Shown here piece by piece: positions 27,771 through 37,215 of a stretch of 64,000 nt of DNA; the stretch's first letter is position 1, and every line of letters starts with the position of its first letter. The position numbers and the translations under genes were made by a program. Source of the stretch: Acidimicrobiales bacterium (GTDB lineage: Bacteria > Actinomycetota > Acidimicrobiia > Acidimicrobiales > MedAcidi-G1); NCBI GenBank assembly GCA_022452035.1, contig JAKURV010000005.1:19651-83650 (forward strand), written 5' to 3'. The notes below the pieces were generated by a model, which did no database searches, was not told the origin of the DNA, and saw only the letters and a program-made list of their open reading frames with translations.

Positions 27771-30290
27771 TCAGCCCTTCATCCGGGAGTCGGTGGGATC
27801 AAACACGGCACCCGTGGTGGCGACCTCCACCGGATAAAGCTCGTTCATGTACATCACCTGCAAGTCGGTTCCGGAAACAGCCAGTTCCCGGGGCAGGTAG
27901 GCCATCAGGAGGTGTCGGCCCACCGACGGCCCGTAGCCGGCCGAGGTGACCCGGCTGACCCGACCGTGGCTGTCGGTGATGCGATCACCGTCCGGGGTCA
28001 GGATTGGCTCGTTCCCACCCATCATGTGGCGATTCCGACCCAGGCCATCGGTCTGGTCCTCGACGGTCAGGGTGCACATCAGGACCTCGGGATCCCCAGC
28101 CTCCCGAGCAGCCAGGTAGGCCTCCTTGCCGATGAAGTCGGCAGCCTTGACCCTCGGTCGGGCCAGACCGGCCTCCACCGGGTTGTACTCGCTCTCCAGC
28201 TCGGCTCCCATCAGTCGGTAACCCTTCTCGAGCCGACCCGACGACCCGTAGACGCCACCGCCGGTCGGGCGGATGCCCAGGTCGGCACCGGCCTCCATCA
28301 GGGCGTCCCATAGGGCCGGCCCGTCGTCCCAGGACGCGTAGATCTCCCAGCCGGTGTCGCCAACGTAGGAGATACGGAACAACTGGCACGGTAGACCAGC
28401 CACCTCAGCATCAACGATCGACCCGTAGGGCGAGTCGGTCTGGCTCAGGTTCTGGTCAGTGAGCTGAGACAGCACGGCCGGGGCGTTGGGGCCCCAAAGG
28501 CCGAGCGTGGTGACATCCTCAGTGATGTTGCGGAACGACACCGAGCCATCGGTCGGCATGTGGCGGCGGGTCCAGAACTCGTCCCGTCCACCATCGAACA
28601 CGCCGGTGACGATCCGCACCCGGTCCTCACCGAGTCGCATCATGGTCAGGTCGGAGTGGAATCCACCATCGGCGGTCAGCCACGGGGTGTAGATGGAGCG
28701 GCCGACCGGCACGTCCACCTTGTTGACGGCCAGGCGGTCGGCGTACTCGACGGCTCCCGGACCTTCCAACTCGTAGATCTGGAAGGCGCTGAGGTCCACC
28801 ACACCGCAGTTCTCGCGCAGGTTGAGGTGCTCACCGATGGTGATGGGGCTCCACCAGCGGTTATCCCATTCCACATCCCTCTCGGACAGGTCGTAGCGCT
28901 CTACCAGGTCGGCGTTGGCTCCGAACCACTGCGGGCGCTCCCAGGTCCGAGCCTGGAAGAACATGGCGTCCAAGTCCTCCTGACGGGAGAAGTAGGGGCC
29001 AACTCGCAGGTTCCGGCGGCCTTCCCACTGCTCGTCCGGGTGGACAATGCCGTACGTCTTGTTGAAGTGCTCCTCGGCCCGGGCCCAGATGTGCTCCTCG
29101 GTCCGCTCCTGGTCGTAGAAGCGCGCGATGTCGGCACCGTGGACGTCGATGACACGGGGATAGCCAAAGGTCATCCACTCGGCGACCACCTGAGCCATGC
29201 CTGGTCCCTCCTTGACCCACACCGCGGCGGCTGACCAAAGGTTGCGGACCTCGGGGGTCTCTCCGAGGCACGGCATGGTGTCCGGGGTCATGGCCAATAG
29301 GCCGTTGATGGCGTATTTGATTTCGGCGTCACCGAGCATTTCCATCAGCTCGATGGCCGTCTCCATCTGAGGGTCGAAGTCGTCCGGCGTGAAGGGCATC
29401 TCAGTGGGCGACAGCGCCGCCTCCTCGTTGGATGGGATCTCGTCCGGGTGGTGGAAGATGGGCCGGTGGCCGTACGACCCGATCTCCATGGAGCCGGCCG
29501 ATTGCCGCTCATAGCAAAGGGTGTCCATGTCTCGGACGATCGGGTAGCCGATCTCGTTATTGGTCTCGGCCAGGATGTCGACGGGGCCGACGTCGGCCAT
29601 CTGGTGCACGGTGGGCACCAACGGGATGGCGGCACCGGCCATGTTGGCGATGCGGTTGGACCAGACGCCGCAGGCGATGACCACGTGGTCGGCCTGGATG
29701 GTGCCCTTGTCGGTGACTACTGAACGGACGGTGGTCACGCCTCCCTCGCCCTCGCTAGTTTCGATGTCGAGCACCTCGGTGTTGGCGAACACCTGGCAGC
29801 CGACCGTTTCGACGGCCTCCCTGCGCATGGTGGTGCCAGCCTCCAGCGAGTCGACCACCGACACCGTGGGACTGTAGAAGCCACCGAGGATGACCTCCTC
29901 GTTGACGAATGGCACTAGCTCTACAACCTCGGCCGGGGTGAGCAGGTGGGCCTCAATACCCCACGCCCTGGCTGACGTCATGCGGCGGGCCAGCTCGTGC
30001 ATCCGGTCGGCGGTTCGGGCCACTTCGATACCTCCCGAATCGACCGAGAGTTGCATGTCCCGGTACTGGTTGGCGCTCTGCTCGCCAAGCAGTGCCATCT
30101 CCTTGTTGTGATCGACCGGGAAGATGAAGTTGGAGGCGTGGCCGGTCGAGCCGCCGGGATTGGGCAGCGGGCCCTTCTCCAGTAGGACGAGGTCGGTCCA
30201 GCCCAAGCGGGCCAGGTGGCCGACGAGACAACTGCCGACGATGCCGGCACCGATCACGACGACGTTGGCGCGAGTCGGGAGTTCGCTCAT
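27771..30290 (-). CDS. dimethylglycine/sarcosine dehydrogenase family protein (FAD DAO domain + GcvT folate-binding aminomethyltransferase domain)
   Basis: 839 aa. N-terminal VVVIGAGIVGSCLVGHLARLGW. The C-terminal half has the GcvT-type fold pattern. AGGAGA RBS. Immediately upstream of etfBA. Confidence 0.85.
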   Translation of the reverse strand: MSELPTRANVVVIGAGIVGSCLVGHLARLGWTDLVLLEKGPLPNPGGSTGHASNFIFPVDHNKEMALLGEQSANQYRDMQLSVDSGGIEVARTADRMHELARRMTSARAWGIEAHLLTPAEVVELVPFVNEEVILGGFYSPTVSVVDSLEAGTTMRREAVETVGCQVFANTEVLDIETSEGEGGVTTVRSVVTDKGTIQADHVVIACGVWSNRIANMAGAAIPLVPTVHQMADVGPVDILAETNNEIGYPIVRDMDTLCYERQSAGSMEIGSYGHRPIFHHPDEIPSNEEAALSPTEMPFTPDDFDPQMETAIELMEMLGDAEIKYAINGLLAMTPDTMPCLGETPEVRNLWSAAAVWVKEGPGMAQVVAEWMTFGYPRVIDVHGADIARFYDQERTEEHIWARAEEHFNKTYGIVHPDEQWEGRRNLRVGPYFSRQEDLDAMFFQARTWERPQWFGANADLVERYDLSERDVEWDNRWWSPITIGEHLNLRENCGVVDLSAFQIYELEGPGAVEYADRLAVNKVDVPVGRSIYTPWLTADGGFHSDLTMMRLGEDRVRIVTGVFDGGRDEFWTRRHMPTDGSVSFRNITEDVTTLGLWGPNAPAVLSQLTDQNLSQTDSPYGSIVDAEVAGLPCQLFRISYVGDTGWEIYASWDDGPALWDALMEAGADLGIRPTGGGVYGSSGRLEKGYRLMGAELESEYNPVEAGLARPRVKAADFIGKEAYLAAREAGDPEVLMCTLTVEDQTDGLGRNRHMMGGNEPILTPDGDRITDSHGRVSRVTSAGYGPSVGRHLLMAYLPRELAVSGTDLQVMYMNELYPVEVATTGAVFDPTDSRMKG

Positions 30291-30529
30291 TCAGTTTCTC
30301 CTGGAACACAGCCCGGCATGGCTCCACGAGGCGTCCGGGGTGGATCGGATGGGTCCCGACGGCGACCGCCGCAGGGCCGGGAAAGCGTACACACCCCTTC
30401 ATCCGGTTGCTGACGGCCTACCACGGCCGTCTTCGGGTCGCCTCCCGGTCCCGGAGCCCACGAGCCAGGGCTAGTTTTCGCGCCGCGGAGCAGTGAGGAC
30501 GGCTCCGGAGGATCGACTGGGGAGGGCTG

Positions 30530-31297
30530 ATGACCGGTCCACAGCGGGTGCTAATCACCGGTGGCGCATCAGGCATCGGGCGGGCCATGGCCGACGCATT
30601 CCGGAAGGACGGAGCCCTGGTGCACGTAGCCGACGTGGACGGAACGGCTGACCAGCCTCCCGGGGGCGGCTTCACGGCGGCCGACGTCTCCGACCCCAGC
30701 GACGTGGACCGCCTCTTCGACGATGTGATGGCTGGGCTCGGCGGCCTGGACGTCCTGTGCGCCAACGTCGGCATCGCCGGTCCGACCGGACCCGTCGAGG
30801 AACTGGAGGCTTCGGACTGGGACAGGACGATGGCCGTGAACGTGCGGAGCGCCTTCCTTTGCTGCCGCCGGGCCGTACCCCTGTTACGCGAGGCAGGAGG
30901 CGGTTCGATCCTGCTGACCGCTTCCACGGCGGGCATCACCGGATACCCGATGCGGTCGCCGTACGCAGCCTCCAAGTACGCCGTGGTGGGCCTGGGCCAG
31001 ACGCTGGCCATGGAAGTTGGCGAGCTAGGCATCCGGGTCAACGTGATCTGTCCAGGGTCGGTGGACGGCGAACGCATGGACGGGGTGATCGCCGCCGAAT
31101 CGGCTGCCACCGGGGTGCCCGAGGCCAACCTGCGAGCCGGCTATGAGAAGCAGGTCTCGATGCGGACCTTTGTGGAGGGGCGGGACATCGGTGCCATGGC
31201 CGTTTTTCTTGCCTCTCCGGCCGCCCGGTTCGTTAATGGCCAGACCATCTCGGTGGACGGTGGCCTGGAGACCCTCCGTAACTCCTGGCGGACCTAA
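30530..31297 (+). CDS. SDR family oxidoreductase
   Basis: TGGASGIGRA, NVGIAG, YAASKYAV catalytic YxxxK. Confidence 0.85.
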   Translation: MTGPQRVLITGGASGIGRAMADAFRKDGALVHVADVDGTADQPPGGGFTAADVSDPSDVDRLFDDVMAGLGGLDVLCANVGIAGPTGPVEELEASDWDRTMAVNVRSAFLCCRRAVPLLREAGGGSILLTASTAGITGYPMRSPYAASKYAVVGLGQTLAMEVGELGIRVNVICPGSVDGERMDGVIAAESAATGVPEANLRAGYEKQVSMRTFVEGRDIGAMAVFLASPAARFVNGQTISVDGGLETLRNSWRT

Positions 31298-31495
31298 AGG
31301 CGGCTGAACCCCTGGGACTCCCGGTCCTAACCGGTGACCACCAGGACCACAGCGGCCGAGTACCCGACCAGCCCGAAGGTCTGCCACCAGTCCTGGCGTT
31401 CGCCGTGGAAGAGGAAGGCGCAAGCCACGGTGACCAACGTGACTACGCCGTAGATGGCTGAAATCGGAGGTCCTCCGGTTGGTCGAACGGGAAGA

Positions 31496-32260
31496 TCAGC
31501 CGGTGTGGCCTAGGGCGACGGAGATCGTCGCCGCAGAGGACCGGACCTGCTCGCCAATAATGTCGCGCAGCGTGTCGTCCGGGAACCGGTAGCTGGGACC
31601 GTGGCTGTGCAGGGCACCGGCCACGACCCCGGCGGCGTTGAACAATGGGGCGGCCACCGAGTTGATGCCCTCGGAAAACTCCTCCTCCATCCAGACCACC
31701 CCGTCCTCCCTGACCTGCTGCAGGCGCTCGCGGATCAGAGCGGGCCGGATGACCGACCGGGCTGTGTAACGGTCCAGTTTGCGGTCCAGGTAGCGGTCGA
31801 CGGCGTCGTCGGGCCAGTGAGCGAGGACCACCATGCCCGACGGAACAACGTGCATCGGCAGGCTGACTCCGGTCCAGTCCCGGACCTGGACCGGGTTCGC
31901 GCAGTCCACTTGGCCGATGTAGTGGACGTCGTAGCCGGCGGGGATGGACACGCCGACCGCCTCGGCCACCATCTCGACCAGCTCCACCAGGTGTGGCTGA
32001 GCGACGGCCAGGAGGCTCTGGGTCGGGTCGATGCTGGCCGCCATGGTCACGACGGACGGACCGATCCGGTAGCCGGTCCCGGAGTCGAGACGCTCCACGG
32101 CACCCAGGCCCTCGAGCGTTGAGAGCAGACGGGCCACCGTGCTCGTCGGGAGGTCGAGGCGACGGGAGAGTTCGCTGATTCCCGCCGGATCGTCGGCTAC
32201 CTCGCCCAGCAGTTGGAAGGCCCGGTCGATGCTCTGCACGCTCTGCATGGGATCCCACAT
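31496..32260 (-). CDS. IclR family transcriptional regulator
   Basis: SIDRAFQLLGEVADDPAGISELSRRLDLPTSTVARLLSTLEGLGAVER (wHTH) plus an IclR effector domain. Start trimmed to ATG 32260 (or 32248). Confidence 0.85.
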   Translation of the reverse strand: MWDPMQSVQSIDRAFQLLGEVADDPAGISELSRRLDLPTSTVARLLSTLEGLGAVERLDSGTGYRIGPSVVTMAASIDPTQSLLAVAQPHLVELVEMVAEAVGVSIPAGYDVHYIGQVDCANPVQVRDWTGVSLPMHVVPSGMVVLAHWPDDAVDRYLDRKLDRYTARSVIRPALIRERLQQVREDGVVWMEEEFSEGINSVAAPLFNAAGVVAGALHSHGPSYRFPDDTLRDIIGEQVRSSAATISVALGHTG

Positions 32261-32299
32261 GTCCTTCCAGGCCGGTATCGCTCGAGCAGAACACACCTG

Positions 32300-32314
32300 T
32301 CCCACAGTGTGGGA
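32300..32314. promoter_or_regulatory. perfect palindrome TCCCACA-G-TGTGGGA; candidate operator
   Basis: Read directly in the IclR/corrinoid-protein divergent intergenic region. Confidence 0.55.
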
Positions 32315-32376
32315 AGGCCTTCCCAAACCGTGGAACAACTCTTTCGCCAGTGCTAGTCTTCCCATTATACAGGAAC

Positions 32377-32393
32377 TTCCCACATTGTGGGAA
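32377..32393. promoter_or_regulatory. perfect palindrome TTCCCACA-T-TGTGGGAA; candidate operator
   Basis: Read directly, 61 nt upstream of ATG 32454. Degenerate TTCCCA-containing copies occur at ~32320-32335 and ~32359-32375. Confidence 0.55.
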
Positions 32394-32453
32394 ACGGCAC
32401 CCAAGGCTGACCCGGGCCATGACCGTGGCCCCCGATCCGCAACGGAGCGCATC

Positions 32454-33158
32454 ATGGCCGAAGAGAACCCCGTCGACGAAGAGATCGATCTGGCGAGCCT
32501 CAGCGACGAGGACCTAACCGCCCAGATGCACGATGACCTCTATGACGGCCTGGCCGACGAGATCGTCGACGGCACCAACATCCTCCTCGACCGGGGTTGG
32601 GCCGCCGACCGTGTACTGAACGATGCCCTGGTTGCGGGCATGCGGATCGTAGGCATCGACTTTCGCGATGGCATCCTCTTCGTTCCTGAGGTGCTGCTGG
32701 CCGCCAACGCCATGAAGGCCGGCATGGCCATCCTCCGGCCACTGCTAGCCGAGACGGGGGCCGAGCCCATCGGGAAGGTGGTCATCGGCACCGTCAAGGG
32801 CGACATCCACGACATCGGCAAAAACCTGGTCGCCATGATGCTCGAGGGTGCGGGCTTCGAGGTCATCAACCTCGGCATCAACACCGACGTCGAGGAGTTC
32901 CTCGGGGCCCTGGACGAGCACAAGCCGGACATCCTCGGGATGTCGGCCCTGCTGACCACCACCATGCCCTACATGAAGGTCGTGATCGACACCCTCCAGG
33001 AGAAGAGCCTCCGGGAGGAGTACATCGTGATAGTGGGCGGGGCTCCCCTGAACGAAGAGTTCGGCGAGGCCATCGGAGCCGACGCGTACTGCCGCGATGC
33101 GGCAGTCGCCTCCGAGACAGCTTCGCGGCTGGTGGCCGAGCGGCGCAGCGCGGCCTGA
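32454..33158 (+). CDS. corrinoid (B12)-binding protein of a methyltransferase system
   Basis: Cap helix region followed by VVIGTVKGDIHDIGKNLV (DxHxxG) and GMSALLTTTM. Trimmed from the 339-aa track ORF to ATG 32454. Confidence 0.85.
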   Translation: MAEENPVDEEIDLASLSDEDLTAQMHDDLYDGLADEIVDGTNILLDRGWAADRVLNDALVAGMRIVGIDFRDGILFVPEVLLAANAMKAGMAILRPLLAETGAEPIGKVVIGTVKGDIHDIGKNLVAMMLEGAGFEVINLGINTDVEEFLGALDEHKPDILGMSALLTTTMPYMKVVIDTLQEKSLREEYIVIVGGAPLNEEFGEAIGADAYCRDAAVASETASRLVAERRSAA

Positions 33159-33164
33159 CCAACC

Positions 33165-33863
33165 ATGAACGAGCCTTCCGGCGCGCCGGAGGCGTCCAGC
33201 GGGCGGACCCTGGTTGTCGCCTGTGGGGCGCTTGCCCGTGAGTTGCTCCAGGTAGTGGAGGCGAACGGCCTCGACCACGTCGACGTCGAGTGCCTGCCCG
33301 CCTCCTACCACAACACCCCCGAGGTGATCCCCGACCGGGTGGCTGAACGCGTCCGGGGTGCCGCCGACCGCTACGACAGGGTCTTCGTTGGCTATGGGGA
33401 CTGCGGGACGGGCGGCCGCCTCGACGCCATGTGTGACGAGCTCGGGGTCGAGCGCCTGCCCGGTGACCACTGCTACGAGTTCCTCACCGGAAGCGCCGAG
33501 TTCGCCGACCTCCATGCCGAGGAGTTGGGGACCTTCTTCCTGACCGACTACCTGGTTAAGCACTTCGACCGTCTCGTCGTTCGGGCCTTCTGGCTGGACA
33601 CCCACCCCGAGATGCGAGATGCCGTGTTCGGCAACTACCGCCGGCTGGTCTACCTGTCACAAAGTGACGACCCCGATCTCGTGGAGCGCGCCCGGGACGC
33701 CGCTGACCGCTTGGGACTCACCTTCGAGCACCGGCGCACAGGCCTCGGGGAACTGGAGACCAGCATCGTTTCGTTGGGTCGAGGCATCGGTCAGGATCCC
33801 GGCCGATGTCTCGACGAAAGTGCCGTGGCCTCCACTGGACCCGCCCCAGCCGGAACCCGCTGA
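33165..33863 (+). CDS. DUF1638 domain-containing protein
   Basis: LVVACGALARELL...LPASYHNTPE...VFVGYGDCGTGG pattern recalled as DUF1638. Location inside a corrinoid methyltransferase operon is typical for that family. Confidence 0.6.
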   Translation: MNEPSGAPEASSGRTLVVACGALARELLQVVEANGLDHVDVECLPASYHNTPEVIPDRVAERVRGAADRYDRVFVGYGDCGTGGRLDAMCDELGVERLPGDHCYEFLTGSAEFADLHAEELGTFFLTDYLVKHFDRLVVRAFWLDTHPEMRDAVFGNYRRLVYLSQSDDPDLVERARDAADRLGLTFEHRRTGLGELETSIVSLGRGIGQDPGRCLDESAVASTGPAPAGTR

Positions 33864-33866
33864 GCT

Positions 33867-34175
33867 ATGGCCGCACAGCTCGTCACCATCTACTGGCGCG
33901 ACATCCCGGCCCAGGTCACAGCCCAACAGGGGAGGAACAGGGAGAAGGCGCTGCTGGGCGCCCGCTTTCAGCACGCCATCGACCGAGCGGCCATGGTGGC
34001 CGGAATGGACGACACCGACTCGTACGTGGCGCAGTGGCGTCGCGAGGCCGTCGAATGCCTCGCCGATCTGGCGCCTGCCGCGGCCGTCGAGGCGGCTCGC
34101 CTCGACGAGTCCTACCCCGACGACCGGCTGGAGCGACTCGTGCGATCCGGCGGTGTAGAGGAACAAGAGGAATAG
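33867..34175 (+). CDS. small conserved protein (resembles the family annotated 'virulence factor', function unknown)
   Basis: The N-terminal TIYWRDIPAQVTAQQGR motif is recalled from small ORFs in MttB/corrinoid clusters. Acidic C-terminus. Coding-like composition. Confidence 0.5.
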   Translation: MAAQLVTIYWRDIPAQVTAQQGRNREKALLGARFQHAIDRAAMVAGMDDTDSYVAQWRREAVECLADLAPAAAVEAARLDESYPDDRLERLVRSGGVEEQEE

Positions 34176-34242
34176 CCAGGAACATCCCGACCGTGGGACC
34201 GTCACCGCTGACGGTCCCCCGACCAGAGAGACCGATCCAGAG

Positions 34243-35142
34243 ATGACCGACACCATCCTCAGTTCTGCCACCAGGGAGGTGGCCATCGGCTTCGGCCGGC
34301 CCTTCGTCATGATCGGCGAGCGGATCAACCCCACGGGGCGCCAGAAGCTGGCCGACGAGATGAAGGCCGGGGACTTCAGCCGGGTTGAGGCTGACGCCAT
34401 CGCTCAGGTGGAGGCCGGTGCCCACATGCTGGACGTCAACGCGGGAATTCCGCTGGCCGACGAACCAGCCCTGCTGGCCCGGGCCATCCAGCTTGTGCAG
34501 TCGGTGACCGACGTGCCTTTGAGTATCGACTCGTCGATCATCGAGGCCCTGGAGGCCGGCATCGCCGTGTACCAGGGCAAGCCCCTGGTCAACTCGGTGA
34601 CCGGTGAGGACGAGGTGCTGGAGCGGGTCCTGCCGCTGGTGGCGAGGGCTGGTGCTGCCGTGGTGGCCATCTCCAACGACGACTCCGGGATCTCCGAGGA
34701 CCCCGATGTGCGCTTCGAGGTGGCCCGCAAGATCGTGCAGCGGGCCGCCGACTACGGAATCCCGGCCGCCGACGTGGTGGTGGACCCCCTGGTCATGCCG
34801 ATAGGCGCCATGGGATCGGCCGGCCAACAGGTCTTCACGCTGGTCCGACGCCTCCGCGAAGAGCTCAGGGTCAACACGACCTGCGGTGCGTCCAACGTGA
34901 GCTTCGGGCTCCCCAACCGGCACGCCGTAACCGGCACGTTCCTGGCCATGTCGATCAGCCACGGCATGACGTCGGCCATCATGAACCCCCTGCACGGTGA
35001 GGTGCGGGTGCGGGTTCAGGCCGCCGACATTCTCACCGGCGCCGACACCAACTGCGCCTCCTGGATTAGCCACCACCGGGACCCCGAAGCCGTCGGCACC
35101 CGCGAGCGCCGGAGCGGTCGCCGCGCCCGGGCGCAAGCCTGA
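34243..35142 (+). CDS. methylcorrinoid:tetrahydrofolate methyltransferase (pterin-binding, MtgA/MeTr-like)
   Basis: FVMIGERINPTGRQKLADEM...GAHMLDVNAG...PLSIDSS...LVNSV...TCGASNVSFGLPNR, the pterin-binding barrel signature. Confidence 0.8.
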   Translation: MTDTILSSATREVAIGFGRPFVMIGERINPTGRQKLADEMKAGDFSRVEADAIAQVEAGAHMLDVNAGIPLADEPALLARAIQLVQSVTDVPLSIDSSIIEALEAGIAVYQGKPLVNSVTGEDEVLERVLPLVARAGAAVVAISNDDSGISEDPDVRFEVARKIVQRAADYGIPAADVVVDPLVMPIGAMGSAGQQVFTLVRRLREELRVNTTCGASNVSFGLPNRHAVTGTFLAMSISHGMTSAIMNPLHGEVRVRVQAADILTGADTNCASWISHHRDPEAVGTRERRSGRRARAQA

Positions 35143-35163
35143 ACTACCGATCGGCATGATCCC

Positions 35164-37215
35164 ATGACCGGAGCCGACGACCACCTCGTCGTCTTCACGC
35201 CCTCGGGTCTAAGGGGATCGTTCGCCGCCGGTACCACCCTGCTGGACGCCGCCCGTCGGCTGGGGGTGGATCTCGACTCGGTCTGCGGAGGCCGCGGGAT
35301 CTGCGGGCGCTGCCAGGTGACGCCCACCTTCGGTGAGTTTGCTAAGCACGGCATCACCGTCGTGGAGGGCCACGTGTCGCCCCGCGGAGCTGTCGAGCAG
35401 GACTATCGGGGCCGTCGGCCCCTGACGGAATCCCGACGGTTGGGTTGTGCCGCCGCTGTATCCGGCGACTTGGTGGTCGACGTCCCTGCCGAGAGCCAGG
35501 TCCATCGGCAGGTCGTCCGCAAGGATGTGGACCTGGGCGACCTGGCACTGGACCCGGTTCTGGTCCTCCGCCTGGTCGAGGTCGCCCCGCCGGCCGGAGC
35601 CATCGGGGACCGTCCTGATCGCCGACTGCTCGACGCCCTAGCCGACCAGTGGGGCCTCGGAGGCCTCACTCTCGACGACAGGGTGGCCGACAGCCTGGCC
35701 GACGGGTCGACCGATGGACCTGGCACGGTGACAGTGGCTATCCGGGATGGCCACCGCGTGGTAGCCGTCTGGCCGGGCCTGCGGGACCGTGCCCTGGGCG
35801 TGGCCGTGGACGTGGGCTCCACGACGATCGCCGGCCACCTCTGCGACCTGGCAACCGGCGCCGTACTGGCTACAGCAGGAACCATGAACCCGCAGATCCG
35901 GTTCGGCGAGGACCTCATGAGCCGGGTCTCCTACGTGATGATGAACCCGGGTGGCGAGGCCGAGCTGACCGCCGCCGTCCGCGGCGCCCTGGACGACCTG
36001 CTGGCCGACCTCTGCCTCCAGGGGGAAGCCGAGCGAGATGAGGTGCTGGAGATGGTGCTGGTCGGCAACCCGATCATGCACCACCTGTTCTTGGGCCTGG
36101 ACCCGACGCCGCTGGGCCAGGCCCCGTTCACTCTCGCTGTGGAGAACGCCCTCGACGTCCCGGCGGCCGACCTCAATCTGGAGGCGCACGCCTGTACCCG
36201 GGTCCACGTCCTGCCGTGTATCGCCGGACACGTGGGGGCCGATACGGCCGCTGTAGTCCTGGCCTCACGCCCCCACACGGCCGACGACGTCCGCCTGGTC
36301 GTCGACGTCGGAACCAACGCTGAGATTGTCCTGGCCGGCAACGGGCGGATACTGGCTGCCTCTAGCCCCACCGGCCCGGCCTTCGAGGGGGCCCAGGTCA
36401 GCGCTGGTCAACGGGCTACCCCGGGAGCCATCGAGCGGGTCCGTATCGACCCGGATACCGGCGAACCCCGGTTCCGGGTAATCGGCGCTGAGCCGTGGTC
36501 CGACGAGCCGGGCTTTGACGAGGCGGTAGCCGACACCGGGGTGACTGGGATCTGCGGGTCCGGGATTATCGAGGTGGTGGCCGAGCTGTGGCTGGCCGGA
36601 CTCATGAATGCCGACGGTGTGATCGGCGGCCCGGGTACCAGGCCGTCTCGACGTCTGGTTGCCGACGGGCGGACGCTCTCCTATGTCCTGCACGACCCGG
36701 ACGGCGGCGGCGACGACAGCGGGATCCTTGTGACACAGAACGACGTCCGGGCCATCCAGTTGGCCAAAGCCGCCCTCTACGCCGGCATCCGGCTCCTGAT
36801 GGACCACCTTGAGGTGGACGAGGTAGACCAGATCAGCCTGGCCGGGGCTTTCGGCAGCCACATCGACACCGTCCGCGCCACCGTCCTCGGCCTCGTACCG
36901 GACTGCGAGCCCGACCGGGTAGCCAGCATCGGCAACGCGGCAGGCGCCGGGGCGGTCATCGCCCTGCTCTCGGCCGGAGCCCGGACCGAAATCCAGGAGG
37001 TGGTGGACCGTATCGAGAAGATCGAAACAGCCCTCGAGCCCTCCTTCCAGGCACACTTCGTGGATGCCATGGCCATCCCCCACCGCACCGCCGACTACCC
37101 CCGGCTGTCGACGTGCATCACGCTCCCGCAACGACCCGCCATATCCACAACCGGACCTGAACGGTCCGGACGACGCCGTCGCAGAGCCGCCACGGGAGAG
37201 GAATCCAGCGCATGA
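35164..37215 (+). CDS. reductive activator of corrinoid enzymes (RACo type: 2Fe-2S ferredoxin + ASKHA ATPase/DUF4445)
   Basis: N-terminal CGGRGICGRCQV plant-type ferredoxin. Central and C-terminal DVGSTTIAGH / DVGTNAEIV / GNAAGAGA ASKHA motifs. Confidence 0.8.
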   Translation: MTGADDHLVVFTPSGLRGSFAAGTTLLDAARRLGVDLDSVCGGRGICGRCQVTPTFGEFAKHGITVVEGHVSPRGAVEQDYRGRRPLTESRRLGCAAAVSGDLVVDVPAESQVHRQVVRKDVDLGDLALDPVLVLRLVEVAPPAGAIGDRPDRRLLDALADQWGLGGLTLDDRVADSLADGSTDGPGTVTVAIRDGHRVVAVWPGLRDRALGVAVDVGSTTIAGHLCDLATGAVLATAGTMNPQIRFGEDLMSRVSYVMMNPGGEAELTAAVRGALDDLLADLCLQGEAERDEVLEMVLVGNPIMHHLFLGLDPTPLGQAPFTLAVENALDVPAADLNLEAHACTRVHVLPCIAGHVGADTAAVVLASRPHTADDVRLVVDVGTNAEIVLAGNGRILAASSPTGPAFEGAQVSAGQRATPGAIERVRIDPDTGEPRFRVIGAEPWSDEPGFDEAVADTGVTGICGSGIIEVVAELWLAGLMNADGVIGGPGTRPSRRLVADGRTLSYVLHDPDGGGDDSGILVTQNDVRAIQLAKAALYAGIRLLMDHLEVDEVDQISLAGAFGSHIDTVRATVLGLVPDCEPDRVASIGNAAGAGAVIALLSAGARTEIQEVVDRIEKIETALEPSFQAHFVDAMAIPHRTADYPRLSTCITLPQRPAISTTGPERSGRRRRRAATGEESSA

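Noticed and set aside
31327-31440. Small hydrophobic reading frame on the minus strand between the SDR and IclR genes (...ISAIYGVVTLVTVACAFLFHGERQDWWQTFGLVGYSAAVVLVVTG*).
   Set aside because: There is no convincing start codon or RBS, only internal TTG/GTG giving ~35 aa. It is below the track threshold and I cannot distinguish it from chance.
32261-32453. Cobalamin riboswitch upstream of the corrinoid-protein operon (GCCAGTG resembles the B12-box core GCCACTG).
   Set aside because: The region is only ~190 nt and is shared by two divergent promoters. It is dominated by DNA palindromes and lacks the other conserved B12-riboswitch elements that I can recognise.
33916-35184. Long antisense or off-frame ORFs. 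Examples: 33916..35184(-) 422 aa, 25858..27219(+) 453 aa, 36265..37266(-) 333 aa, 42516..43604(-) 362 aa, 23936..24958(-) 340 aa, 31443..32420(-) 325 aa, 30418..31128(-) 236 aa.
   Set aside because: All are extremely R/P/G/A-rich with no recognisable motifs, and they lie opposite or out of frame to genes with clear family signatures. This is the usual stop-codon-poor artefact of high-GC DNA.
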